The translations under genes and the position numbers were made by a program. Under the pieces are notes generated by a model, which was not told the DNA's origin, did not search any database, and was given only the letters and a program-made list of their open reading frames with translations. Shown piece by piece: positions 1 to 12,512 of a stretch of DNA of 64,000 nucleotides (positions are counted from its first letter, which is position 1; every line of letters starts with the position of its first letter). Source of the stretch: Camelus ferus (taxonomy: Eukaryota); contig NC_045696.1 of assembly GCF_009834535.1 (NCBI RefSeq), forward strand, positions 8,248,001 to 8,312,000. The letters run 5' to 3'.

Positions 1-1305
1 TACCTGGCTCCACCCTGCCACTCCGTGTGTTGGAAGTTATGTTCTCTGCTCACCACTTTCTGAGCACGCCCCCCCATTTCCTTTTTCCCTTCTCCTTGCT
101 TGTTCAGTTTCTCTCTCACTGAGTTGAGGTCTTATGTTTGGTCATGCCATTTCCTTTTCTCACTGCTGTCACTCTGCTGTTGTGCATATTGGATCTTATT
201 CTTTAAGACCTACTGGTTTTCCAGTTGTTTTTCGTGGAAGTCTTGTTTCTCAACTAAAATGTTAACTTATTGAGGATGGAGAATATGTTGAATGTTCTCC
301 ACGGTGATTAACATAGTGCTGTGTGTAGTAGTTGCTTATTAAATGCTCATTGATTAAATACTCATACTGTAAAATATGTTCTCTAAGTTGTGATAAAATA
401 TTTTGGGAGCTTTGTGTTTTGGATCATGCATTTTTTAGAAAACAGCTTTATTGAGGTATAATTGACATAGAATGAATGTCACATATTTAAAGTGTATAAT
501 TTGATAAATTTTGACATATGTATGCGCTCAGGGAGCCATTACCCCAATTAAGATAATGAACATTCATCTCCCCAAGAAGTTTCCTTGTTTCCCTTTGTGA
601 TCTTTTCATCTTGCCCCTTTTGAACCTTCTCTCCCCCCATGCCCAGCCCACCACTGATCTGCTTTCTATCACTATTGATTTGTCTGTGTTTTATGGTTTT
701 ATTTAATCATATAGTGTGCATTTTTGTAATTATTATTATTATGTTTTAAATTGAATTATCCTTGATTTACAATATTGTGTTAGTTTCAGCTGTACAGCAT
801 AGTGATTCAGTTATACATACATATATATATATTCTTTTTCATTATAGGTCATTACAAGATATTACATATAGTTCCCTGTGCTAAACAGTAGGAACCTGTT
901 GTTTATCTGTTTTATATATAGTATTTTGTATTTGCTACTCCCAAACTCCTAGTTTCTCTCTCTCCTCCCTTTCCCCTTTGGTAACTATAAGTTTGTTTTC
1001 TGTGTCTGTGAGTCTGTTTCTATTTTGTAAATAAGTTCATTTGTATCATTTTTTAGATTCCACATATAAGTGATATCATATGATGTTTGTCTTTCTCTGA
1101 CTTCACTTGGTATGATAATCTCTTGGTCCATCTATGCAAATGTCATTATTTCATTCTTTTTAATGGCTGAGTAGTATTCCACAAATCTATTTCTATATAG
1201 ATATATCTTTATCCAGTCATCTGTCGATGGACATTTAGGTTACTTCCGTGTCTTGGCTATTGTTAATAGTGCTGCTATGAATATTGGGGTACATGTATCC
1301 TTTTG

Positions 1306-1448
1306 TTTTTTAATTTAATTTTATTTTGGCAGTGGGGGGATAGGTAATTCGGTTTACTTAGTTTTAGAGGAGTTACTGGGGATTGAACCCCCAGGACCTC
1401 GTGCATGTTAAGCATACACTCTACCACTTGACCTATACCCTCCCCCTG
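1306..1448 (-). mobile_element. tRNA-derived SINE, Vic-1-like (camelid), nested in L1
   Basis: Minus strand GGGGAGGGTATAGGTCAAGTGGTAGAGTG...GGTTCAATCCCCAG with A/B boxes; 14-bp TSD catgtatccttttg at 1292-1305 and 1449-1462. Confidence 0.85.
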
Positions 1449-2299
1449 CATGTATCCTTTTGATTTAGAATTTTCTCTGGATATATGCCCAGGAGTGGAA
1501 TTGCTGGATCATAGGGTAACTGTATTTTTAGTGTTATAAGTCTATGATTCAGTTTGAATTGTTTTTTGTAAATTGTATAAGATATGATAAAGTTCATTTC
1601 TTTTGCTTATGGAGATCCAACTGTTCCAAGCAATATTTCTTGAAAAAACTATCCTTTCTCCATTGATTGCCTTTTCTGTTCCATTGACTTCTTTGTCTTG
1701 GTAACAGTATCACACAATCTTAGTTATTGTAGCTTTATAGTAATAAGTTTTGAACTCAGTTTTTCAAAGTGGTTTTGGCTATTCTAGGTCCTTTGCATTT
1801 CCATGTGAATAGTTGAATCATCTTGTCAATTTCTCCAAAAATGCCTGCTTGAATTTCCTTTAGGATTGTATTGAATCTATAGATTAGTTTGGGGAGATTT
1901 AACTTCTTAGCAATACTGAATCTTCCAACCCGTACACAAGATGTATCTCTCCATTTGCTTAGGTTATTCATTTAAGAGCTTTAAAAATTTTTTAGTTTTA
2001 ATTGTATTAAGGTATACGTAACATAAAATTTACCATTTTAACAATTTGAAAGTGTAGTTCAATAATGTTAAGTACATTTAGATTGTTGTGCAGCCAGTCT
2101 TCAGAATTCTTGAGGAACTCTATACTCATTAAATAATAACCCCACATGCCCCACTCCCCCCAGCCCCTGGCAGCTACCATTCTACTTTTTGTCCCATGAA
2201 CTTGACTATTCTGGATACCTCATATAAGTGGAATGATACAGCATTTGTCTTTTTGTGAACATCTTATTTCATTTATTGAAAATTATTGAAATGCCCTTA

Positions 2300-2613
2300 G
2301 GGTTTATCTATGAAGCATGTGTCAGCAGGATTGGTTCCTTCTGAGAGCTGTAAGAGAGGGGTCTGTTTTAAGCCTCTCTTTTTGGCTTCTTCTCCCTTTG
2401 TTCCTTTGTCATCTTCCTTCTGTTTATGCCTGTGCCTAAATTTTCCCTTTTTATAAAGACACCAATCATACTGCATCAGGGTCCCTTCTGATGACATCAT
2501 TGTAACTTGATTACCTCTGTAAAGACCCTGTCTCTACATAAGGTCATATTCTGAGGTACGGAGGATTAGGACTTCATCATATGAATTTTAGGATACACAA
2601 TTCAACTCATAAT
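2300..2613. mobile_element. MaLR LTR (MLT1-type) fragment inside L1
   Basis: tataaagacaccaatcat...taaggtcatattctgaggta...acacaattcaactcataat. Confidence 0.75.
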
Positions 2614-3084
2614 AGATGCCTTTTATTTATTTTTCTTTCCTTATTGCACTGGCTAGAACCACTAGTGCAGTGTTGAGCAGAAGTGGGGGGAACAGACATC
2701 CTTGTCTTGTTCCTGATTTTGGAGGGAAGGCACTTAGTTTTTCATCATTGAATATGTCATCTGTAGGTTTTTTGTTAGAAATTTTTTATCAGATTGAGAA
2801 AGTTCCCTTTTTTCCTTGTTTGCTGCGAGTATTTATCAGGAATAAATGTTAGCTTTTATTAAACACTTTTCCCGCATCTTTGAGGTGGTCATATGGTTTT
2901 TCTATTTTACTTTACATTAATTGTGCATGTTTTAAAATTTATTCCCATTTATTATATGACTGAGACGGTTCATCAGAGATTTACTTTTTAAATGGTGAAA
3001 AGGAATTATATTGTGATTTTATACGGTGAAACGCTAATTATATAGTGATTTTAATCATCAGTTTTTCTTTCCGCTCTTGATTAG

Positions 3085-3180
3085 TGAATGAGAGCTACAA
3101 GCCTGAATTTATAGAGCTTAAGAAGTGGCTGAAAGATAGGAAGTTTGAAGATGCAAATTTAATACCTGCTCGTTTTCCAG
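3085..3180 (+). CDS. SETD4: SETD4 coding exon (VNESYKPEFIELKKWLKDRKFEDANLIPARFP)
   Basis: ttag| acceptor and |gtgagg donor; translation matches SETD4 N-terminus. Confidence 0.95.
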
Positions 3181-3607
3181 GTGAGGTCTGGCATTCAGCT
3201 CGCACGTGAGAGACGTGGGCACAGGTGATGGGAAAGTGGGGGTGATTCTTGCACGTGGGCTGTGTTCTCTCTGGGAGCACATCTTCTGTTGCGTGTTAGG
3301 CTTCTTGCCTTGTAGCTGTAATATTTACTTAATCGTTACCTTTTTCTAAAAATGAGTTAACGTGGCTCGTGGAGAGAAATTCCAAAATGGTGAAATGAAA
3401 TTAAAAGTTAAAAAAAGAGAAATGAGAGTAGACAAATAAGACGAAGGCGGGGATGAGGATACCAAACAGAGCTATATGATTTTATGATTGTACTTTATGG
3501 TGGTGAACTGTATTTGTCAGCCTCTGACAGAGTGTTTAACTTTCTGTTTCTGTGTGTCAAGAAACAGTAAGTAAAAACCATACTTTTACATTTTACTGGA
3601 TGGAGCT

Positions 3608-3820
3608 CTTTCTTTTTTTTTCTCCTTGAAGTATAGACAGTTAATACTGTGTCAGTTTCTGGTGTGCAGCACAATAGTTCAGTCATACATGTAGATACAT
3701 ATACTCCTTTTCATGTTCTTTTTCGTTATAGGTTACCACAAAGTAGTGAATATAGTTCCCTGTGCTATACAGTAGGAACTTGTTGTTCATCTGTTTTATA
3801 TATGGTGGTCAGTATCTGCT
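3608..3820 (-). mobile_element. 5'-truncated young L1 3' end
   Basis: T-tract followed by the L1 3' UTR motif tatagttccctgtgctatacagtagg shared with other copies in the window. Confidence 0.8.
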
Positions 3821-4170
3821 AGATGGAGTTTTTAATGAGATGACCAAGAGGAAATTGTGTCAGGAGAGGACTCGCTGTGCCTAAGGCCTGCCTGCTCTTT
3901 GCGTGGATGTCACTTTGCCTTAAGAAGGGTAGATCTAAAATCATTAAGCAGGAATTGGCATGTGGTTTAAATGGAATGCCTGAAAGTAAGTAATCTGTCT
4001 ATAATTTGGAGCAGTGAAAAGTTACCAGTTTTAAAAGTGGAAACAGCTTTCTCTGGGCCCGTCTCCAGATTCGTGGTCATGGAGGAGCTAAAGCAAAGTG
4101 GTTCGGCAGTGGTCAGAACCCAGTGCTTTTCAGAACCCAGTGCTTACAGTTCTGGGGGCAAGGAGCATCC

Positions 4171-4523
4171 TGTCTTAGCTTGAGCTGCTGTGACAAATTG
4201 TCATAGGCTGGTGGCTTAAACAATTTCTCACTCACAGTTCTGGAGGCTGGGAAGTCCAAGATCATGGTCCGGGCAGATTCAGCATCTGGTGAGGACCGAT
4301 TCTTGCTTTGTAAATTGCTGTCTTCTTGTGTCCTCATGTGGTGGAGAGCTGGGAGATGGAGCAGGCTCTCCTCTCTCTTCTCGTATAGGCACTAAATCCC
4401 ATTCATGAGGGCTGTACCCTATGACCGAGTCACTTACCATAAGCCCACCTTCTAATGCCATTGCATTGGGGGTTAAGAAATCAACATTTGAATTTGGGGG
4501 AAACAAACATTTAGTCCACAACA
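4171..4523. mobile_element. MaLR solo LTR (MLT1A-like)
   Basis: TG...CA ends; ggtggcttaaacaa...cacagttctggaggctgggaagtccaagatc. Confidence 0.85.
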
Positions 4524-6104
4524 CCTTCCCTAAGTGCTTCCTGTATCTCTAGCTCTTAATCAGAGTGTGATTGGAGGCAATGTTTATGGCAGTCTGACAA
4601 AGTGTACAGGATTCTAGGGAATTAATCTTAGTTTGTGGAGGGCAGGGCAAGGCTCCTAAGTTGCAGGCAAGATTCAGTCTCTAGACTCTGACCTGATTTA
4701 TGCTTTGGGAACTGGCTGAGTATTTCCTTTTAACAAAAGGAAAAGCACTGGCCAAAAGCACTGGCCAAATCCTCCCAGATAGCAGAATCATAAGGCAGTG
4801 AGAAGTCTGTAATAAGCTTTACTTTTGTAAGATCCTAATGGCCTCTTCCCACCTTGCCTTAGCAGGTGCAGATTACTGTGATCTGTTTTCTGTCTGTTGA
4901 GCATTATATTATAGACATATAGGTATCTTCCAGATTTATTCCATATGCTAAGTTCTTCTCATATCTGTTCAGAGAGAAATTTCCACATAAATTAGCACAT
5001 GAATTTTTTAAAGGATGATCCCGCAGAGAAAAACCCTCCCTTTAGTAATTGGTTTCAGAAAGGGTTCTGACCCACTGGGCTGATTAACTCCATCATGGGA
5101 CACAGAGAAGAAATTAAATAAGTTCTTTAAACCAAAACCTTGTGTTTGAGCAGACTGTATGCTTCTAGGTGGGGAGATGACTCATCAAATCAAACTCGCC
5201 AGACACCTGATTCAGGACTGGAGGCGGGCACTCTCTCCAAGAACCAGGAGCTCCCATTGGTCCCGCAGGCACTGATCTTTGCAGAATTGTATTCCCTCCC
5301 AGCTGAGAGAAGAAAGTCAAGAACTATGAATTTGAGGAGTAGAGACTCCCTGTAATAATTGTAGGTCATACTGGACCTCTGCCTGCCAGAAAACCATATC
5401 CGACGGTGCAGTAGGAGGGCAGCCTTGGGCGTGGGAGGGGTGAACTTCTGCATGTCGGTGGCGTTGACAGTACAGCTGGTGAAGGTTCTGTTGTAACTGC
5501 TCTGGCCAAGGCCCTGGCTTGCAGGGAGCAGCTGGCCCTGGACCTACCCTGTTGAGCTCATCCTTTCAAAGAGAGCGTGGCTAATGGGTTGCCTGGTTGG
5601 GGAGGGGTGGGTGTGGTCAGCAGGCTTTGTGGGACCTGAGTGGGCTTTACTAGGCAGTCAGTCAAAGACTGGAGATCACTACTGGGGAAAGCTGGGTCTG
5701 GTAGTGGGTAAAAGTGGCCTGAGGGTCCAGCCTCTGAGGTTGGGTGGGCATGAGGAGGAAGCCTCAACCCCAGCTGGTGGGGTAGGTAGGCCCCCCGGGG
5801 GAGGGTCCAGCTTAAAGTTTCCTGTAAGAGACCCAGCAGCAGATCTGTATAAAGTTGACAATCTTTAGATGCCAACACTGAAGCTGACTTTGCCTTTCAA
5901 AGATTATAAGCCGGAAAGGAGGTCGGGACGTTTTCCAGAACAACCTCTTAATCCTCTGTTTCCCCTGGGAGTCAAAGGATTCGAGACTCCCAGCTTTGGC
6001 TTACTGTAATTTTGAAGTTCATCCACATCTTTTTATTCAAAACAGTGTCTTTAAGATCTTAAGATAGAGTAGGATTTACCCTTTTTCTTTCTTTGCATTC
6101 CTAG

Positions 6105-6142
6105 GTACAGGAAGAGGCCTGATGAGCAAAACATCCCTACAG
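6105..6142 (+). CDS. SETD4: SETD4 coding exon (GTGRGLMSKTSLQ), SET motif I
   Basis: Polypyrimidine tract + ctag| and |gtgaga; GRGL SAM-binding motif. Confidence 0.95.
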
Positions 6143-8254
6143 GTGAGAGTTTCTTTCTTCAAACCCAAAGTAGATTTTGCTGCTTAATTTTTGTGGTTCA
6201 GATCACATGAAGTAAAAATATTTTAGACATACAGGATTTTTTTTTTTGAGTATAGTTCTGTCAGTTAGAATTAAATCTTGCTGCATTAATGAGACAAATC
6301 CAGAGTAACAGAGCGGAAGTTTACTTTGCTGTGGTGTAAACAAGCCTGGATAGGCAGACCTGGCTGGTGTGGGGGTCGCAGGGACTCCACCCATCTCTGT
6401 GCACATCCTTAGAGGGAGCCCCGCACCCTCAAGTCCAGGCTGGAGCTCCCAGAGCTTGAGCAGCAGGACAGAGCAAGGGGGTGAAGAAGGGCACACTTCC
6501 TCTCATCCAGGAAATTCCAGCTCTGTCTCATCTACCGGCAACCAGGTGCACAGCCCCAGCCGGCTGCGGAAGCACCATGCCCTTCAGATGGGGTCGCGTT
6601 AGGGTGGAGGAGGAGAGAGGGCCCATTTGGGTAGGCAGTCAGCAGTCTGGCACAAGAAGTTTTGTAAATCTGATCATATTTTAAATGTGTTGGGGGTGGG
6701 GTGGGGTGGAGGGGGAGCTGCTCACATCTGAGCATCATGTAGTAAGTGGAGCCCAGCCACCCAGCAAGCAGCGGGAGGAGGCCCCCGAGCCTTTCCTGGG
6801 ATTGCCTTCCGCTGAGCAAGGCTCCTAAGCCTCTGGGCTTGTTTCCTCACCCGGTAAGCGAGGAGGTCAATGACGCAGATGCGCCCCAAGGTCTCTTTTA
6901 GTTCTTCTGTGCTATTTAAAGGACACCTGATGTACAATTTTTTTAGAGCTAGAAATTAGATCCTTAATTTATTTTTAATTATTTTAATTTATTATTCAAA
7001 AAATTAATTATTTTTAATTCCTTAATTTATATAAAATCCAGCTATGTACGTATGTTTAGCCTAAAGAGTGGTAGCTTTCAGTGTGGTAATTCGGTTATGC
7101 TATTTTAGTTTTTTTTATTAAACATTTTAATTTGTAAAATATACATAACATAGAATTTATTACCTTAACCATTTTTAAGTATACAGTTCGGTAGTATTAA
7201 GTACTTCACGTTGTGCAATATTTTGGTTTTTGAGGGGAGGTATATGACTTTATTCTGTAGCAGAATTTGGGGAGGAGAAATATACCTCTCGTGAATAGAG
7301 CAGTGACTGTGTGTGGTTTTTATTTGGATCATGAAATGATAATTGGCAGTTGCTTTACCAGTACTTTCAAATGTGGCTTTTTTGTTAAGACTTTTTGAAG
7401 ATTCAGACATATTTTACACATCGTGAAATGCACAGATATTGTGTCCAGTTTGATGAGTTTTGACGATGAAGAAATTTACCCCAGTCAAGGTATAGGACAT
7501 TTTATGAAATGGCCGTTTTTTGAATCGGAAAGTCATGGGATCCCGGAGCAGGAAGGGATTGTAGTGGTCATCCCAGCTCAGTCCTTGTTTGCAAATGAGG
7601 AGACCAGAGATTGAACCCAGAGGATTTTTGGCTGAGATTTTTAACGAAATTAGATGTCAGTTATGATAAAAAGCAGGATCCCTTATGTTTGGCTTCTGAG
7701 TGCTTGATTTGTTTCTGGTGTCTATTCCTTGACATCTTAATTTTTCTTTCTATGTTTCTATCTCCGTGGGAGAAACTGAAAATTATGCTTTTGCAGGTGG
7801 TAAAATGAGACCCTGATGCTGGGTGGGCTGCCCTGTCTTCAGCTAGTTGGCGCAGGTTGTATGGGGGGCAGGCCGTTGCTGGGAACAAATCCTGGACACG
7901 TGGATTTCCCTGGAAGAATTTTTTTGAGTAGTTTCTGTCTGTTGCCTGTAGGTCATACTATTTCCTGGCCTAAGAACATGAAGGAACAATATGATTTGAG
8001 TTGTCAGAGTATTTACATGTTCCTCTCTGGTGAAAGGTTGACTGGTGATGGGTGTCTTGTTGGGGTGGTACCTGGCGTGGGAGTGGCCTTGCCTGCATCT
8101 GCTGACTCAGAGGCTGGGGAGCCAGTCTCTGGTGGTCTGTGGTTGGGCTCTCCTGCGTTCTTAGTAGATGATTGTGCAATCAGGGCCTTTAACAGACTCA
8201 CACAGGTCCTTCCCAAAGTATGGATGTTCTAAACTTCACTTTCTTTTTGGTAAG

Positions 8255-8343
8255 GCGGGACAGATGATTATCTCGTTGCCTGAGAGTTGCCTGCTGACCA
8301 CAGACACCGTGATTAGAAGCTACTTAGGGGCGTACATTGCTAA
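8255..8343 (+). CDS. SETD4: SETD4 coding exon (AGQMIISLPESCLLTTDTVIRSYLGAYIAK)
   Basis: taag| acceptor, |gtaagt donor; frame continuous with neighbours. Confidence 0.95.
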
Positions 8344-9269
8344 GTAAGTGACTGCACACCTGCTCATCTGGGACAAGTGCTTCTCCTTTGAAGTCTCTGT
8401 CATTGGCAAATATATCATCCAAGACATGGTTCGTTAGAACACAGTCCCTGTGTATAGCTGATCAGTATCTGAAGTGATTTGAAAGGTTTACTCTGTTATG
8501 TGAAATTGGTTCTTAATTCACTGTAAACTGCATTTTTAAGGTTTTTAGTAGGCTGCCTGGGACGTGAGTTTGAATCCTGATCTAACCTTACTAGAAAATG
8601 AGGATTAAATGGGATAATAGACATAAATGATGACTGAGTGCCTTGACTCATGGTACTGTCCTCCATCAGAGTAGGTTCTGACGAATGTTATTTACCCTTT
8701 TTAATTTTTACCCTTATTGTACTTACTTGAAATTTCTTTTAGCTATGAAGAGCTGTTGACAGTATGAAAGAGTTGGTTTTATTTGGCATAGAAGAGAGGA
8801 GGTCAATGTGGGAGCTGAGAACTATTTTCTGGCTTCTTTTACAGCGGGCCTCCGTTTTGGGGGACTTCTGAGAACAGAGCGAGTGAGATTCTCAGCATAA
8901 GGGGTTTCTAAATTAGAAGGGTTGAAAGATTGTATTGTTTCTCAATCCAGAGTAAGTTCTGGACCCTTTTCCCCCTGGCTTACTTTGGTAAGAGGGCTGA
9001 TGTATTTTCATTGGCCTGAGTAAAGGCAAGGGTGCTCATAGTATTAACATTTTCTGTATCCTTCTGAAATTTTGGATAGAATGCATAGAATCTGTACTTT
9101 GAAGGATTAATGAAAACCTTTCTGAATACATTCATGCAACATGAGATCTTTTTATTGGTAACAAAAATACTGCAGTGTATAATTTGCAATAGGATGGATA
9201 AATTTAAGACAAGAGCTTTAGAACTGTAACAAGTATATAATGAGCATATTCAGATGTCTGCCTAGGTTA

Positions 9270-9470
9270 GTATCGTACAATAGAACTTTGTGCAGTGATT
9301 GAAATGTTTCACTTTGCAGTGTCCAGTGTGGTAGCCACTAGCCAGCCACATGTAGCTGATGAGCACTTGAAATGTGGCTTGTTTGACTGAGGAATTGAAT
9401 TTTCAATATTATTTAATTAAAAAAATTAAAATTGAAATAGCCATATGTACCCAGTGGTTACTGTGTTGGA
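9270..9470. mobile_element. MER3-like hAT-Charlie DNA transposon
   Basis: caatagaactttgtgcagtgattgaaatg...gtagccactagcc...gagcacttgaaatgtggct. Confidence 0.75.
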
Positions 9471-9888
9471 GGGGTCACTTCTAGGTTCTTTCCACCAATT
9501 GCCCCCCGCCCTCCCAAGTTTTATACCCTTAACCAAGAGAAACACGTGGACTTCAGCAGAAGCTTTAAAACTGAAGAACCAAGTTGGAAGCAAAGAGGTT
9601 TTTCGAAAAAGAATCTCTTGCCAACAAAGCTGGAACTTGGGTTAGTTGAAGCTGTTCTTGTATCACTGTGACTTGTTCACAGCATTTGTACTGGGGTGCG
9701 GTCCAGGGAGGGAGGCCTTGAGGAAGGAAGGCCCTCTCTTGGGTGCAGTAAGTAAACTTGGAGTGTACTGCCAGCTTGGCCACAGTCCCTCTGGGGGCAG
9801 AACTAGGCACTAGATGTCTGTATCTTTTGCTTACTCCATATTTTGAATGAAAATAATCCCTTTAATCTCTGGCTTTTCATTTGAAAAG

Positions 9889-10318
9889 GTGGCAGCCTCC
9901 TCCGTCTCCCCTGCTGGCTCTGTGCGCCTTTCTGGTTTCAGAAAAGCATGCTGGGAATCAGTCGCCCTGGAAGCCTTACCTGGAGGTGTTACCAGAGGCC
10001 TACACCTGCCCTGTTTGTTTGGAGCCGGAAGTGGTGAATCTTCTTCCCAGACCTCTGAAAGCAAAGGCCAGAGAGCAGAGAACCCATGTGCGGGAGTTCT
10101 TTACCTCCTCCAGAGGCTTTTTCTCTTCCCTGCAGCCTCTGTTTTCCCAGGCTGTCGAGAGCATCTTTAGCCACAGCGCCCTCCTGTGGGCTTGGTGCAC
10201 CGTCAACACCAGGGCTGTGTACATGAAGCGCCCGCCGAGGCCCTGCCTTTCTGCAGAGCCAGACACCTACGCGCTCGCCCCCTACCTGGATCTGCTGAAC
10301 CACAGCCCCCGCGTCCAG
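9889..10318 (+). CDS. SETD4: SETD4 coding exon (WQPPPSPLLAL...PYLDLLNHSPRVQ)
   Basis: ORF 9881..10330; SET signature DLLNHS; aaag| and |gtgagc. Confidence 0.97.
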
Positions 10319-11344
10319 GTGAGCCGCTAACAAGGGGACCCGTGTTCTGTTTCAGTAGGAGGGACTCTAACGTGTAGAACCTGTGACGTGGAATCGTAAG
10401 CGAAACCCCAGGGAAAGGTGCCGCTGGTCAACCTCCCGCCGTCAGGTGTGCTCCCGTCCTTCCTCCCAGGGCTTTGTTCCTTTGCCCTGTTTTCCCCTTC
10501 TGCTCTCCACGCCCACAGAGCCTGGTGCTGTATTCCCTGGATGGCCTGAACCAGCAGCTCCCCCGACCTGATCCCCCACCCCCGGCCATGGTGCAGCGGC
10601 CCCCTTCCTCTTTCCATACATGGGAGTAAAGTCTCGCTTGCTTTCCTGTCCCTTTCCCTGTGTCACGTGGTGGCATCGCTGTCAGGATTGACCCTTGCTG
10701 TGATCACTGACAGACTCACTCCTTCCGCCGGGCGCTCTGCAGTCTTAGAGGATGGGGACCTTGCCTTGTTCCTTTCTGTAACCCCACGGCCTGACACCTA
10801 GTAGGCGTTTGCTAAATATTTTCTGAATGGATGGATATTTGTGGGACATCATTAAGGAGTCCTGCTTTGGGAGTCAGAGATCTCCCCTCTGGCACATTAA
10901 GGAGGTGATTGTATCTGCAGGACACAGTGGGGTCAAGGTCTGGCTTTGGGGCAGTGGATGTCTGTGTATCAGCTAACCCATAACCTGTTCAGGGTGTGCT
11001 GGGAGGCACACTGGCGGGGACCCGCACTCACACTGTCCTCTTCACGACCCACATGAAGGTCAAAGCCATCTGGTTAACCACGTGCCTGTGAGAGGAGAGC
11101 GTGGGGAGACCCTACTGCTTTCTTCGGCTAGGGCCATCTCCTTGCCTGTCCGCTCGTTACTTTTGTAGAAAGCTGCATCTCTAACAAAATTAAGCAGAGG
11201 AGCCTGAAGTTAGATGGGTGTTTCTGTGGCTGATGTTGATGAAATAAAGTCAGGGGTTGCAGTACATAGGGTGCTGGACACAGGGACTCAGTCCCCATGG
11301 GTGTGACTTTATTTTTATCCAGCTGTTAGTGCATTTTTTCTAAA

Positions 11345-11456
11345 CCAGTGCTTTCACAGCTGAGTGTAGCCTGTGGGCATGTGGTCCCAGGGCCCCTGCA
11401 AAGCCTAAAATGCTTACTCTCTGGCCTTTTATGGGAAAAGATTGCCAACCCCTGGT
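11345..11456. mobile_element. MER58-like fragment
   Basis: gcaaagcctaaaatgcttactctctggccttttatgggaaaagattgccaacccctg. Confidence 0.65.
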
Positions 11457-12337
11457 GGAAGGTGCGCCACGGCTGGCTTTTGACATAACACTCCAAACCG
11501 TGGCCCTAATCTGGTGCTGCAAGGAAGGAGTTCTATCTCGCTGGGATTTGCTGTTTAGTAAGGAGGCCCTGGTGCTTGCACCCACTCCTTGTTGTGGGAG
11601 CAGTTAGGTCTTCTTTGTCTTTTCCTCTATGTCTCTTAACTAACAAAACCGTCACTAAATCCATGTGACGGTATCCACCAATACCGTGCTGCCCAAGGGC
11701 TGTGTATTGTAGGACCTGGAATTTCACGTGCGGCCTTGGTATCTTTGGGCCTCGCAGGGCCCCAGAGCCCTGACTGTGAGTTCCTCTGCTGTCACTGGGT
11801 ATTTCCCAGCGGGCAAGGCTTCCCACCTGGCTAGTTGCCCTGTCAGCTGGACTAGGTGCATGCCACCTGGTCCTCCATCTGATGGATTTCACCTCCCTGC
11901 CAGCCCTCGAAACTATTCAAACAAGCAAATCACATCTTGCCACAGGAACCAGGGGTCACCTCTTGTTCCTTCAAGCCTGCTTCCCGTGGCCCCTGCTGGT
12001 CACTCTTCTCTTGAGCGCAGCCCTCCTATGGCCTGCCATGTCCTCCCCTCTACCCTGGGCTGTACGTGTGACCTACAACTGCTGTCACTCAACTGTCCGT
12101 TGTCAGGTGTCACGTGTCCGGCCATCAGAGCCCTCAGGTGGGACTCCCTCTCTCACTGATGGGGCGAAGTCGAGGCCAATAAAAGAGGCGGATGTGCGGA
12201 CGTGGCATTTTTTCTGCATGGAGATCATTTCCCCACGAGTGCTTGAAAGCTGCATCGGGCGTAAATTTATACCATCACTCAATCTGTTTAGTTTTCTACC
12301 TTGCTTTAAAAAACTCTTCTACAATTTTCCTTTCTAG

Positions 12338-12512
12338 GTAAAAGCAGCATTTAATGAGGAAACTCGCTGTTATGAAATTAGAACGGCTACAAGCTGTAGA
12401 AAACACGAAGAGGTCTTCATCTGCTATGGTCCTCACGATAACCACCGTCTGCTCCTGGAGTATGGATTTGTTCCTGTCCGTAACCCTCATGCTTGTGTTT
12501 ATGTCTCAGAAG
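12338..12512 (+). CDS. SETD4: SETD4 coding exon (VKAAFNEETRCYEIR...EEVFICYGPHDNHRLLLEYGF...VYVSE)
   Basis: ctag| and |gttaga; SET C-terminal EEVFICYG and LLLEYGF motifs. Confidence 0.96.

Larger units (their letters stand above)
430..2925 (-). mobile_element. Nested L1 cluster: old 3' ends, younger L1 3' UTR ~745-1545, ORF2 remnants ~1545-1975 and ~2615-2925
   Basis: ORF2-like peptide (LPKLIYRFNTI...WKCKGPRIAKTTL); typical L1 3' UTR motifs. Confidence 0.88.

Noticed and set aside
1366..1446. tRNA-Ala-like gene
   Set aside because: Has a SINE tail, TSD and disrupted stems; it is a SINE, not a functional tRNA.
9989..10333. Antisense ORFs over the large SETD4 exon
   Set aside because: Shadow ORFs of a GC-rich coding exon.
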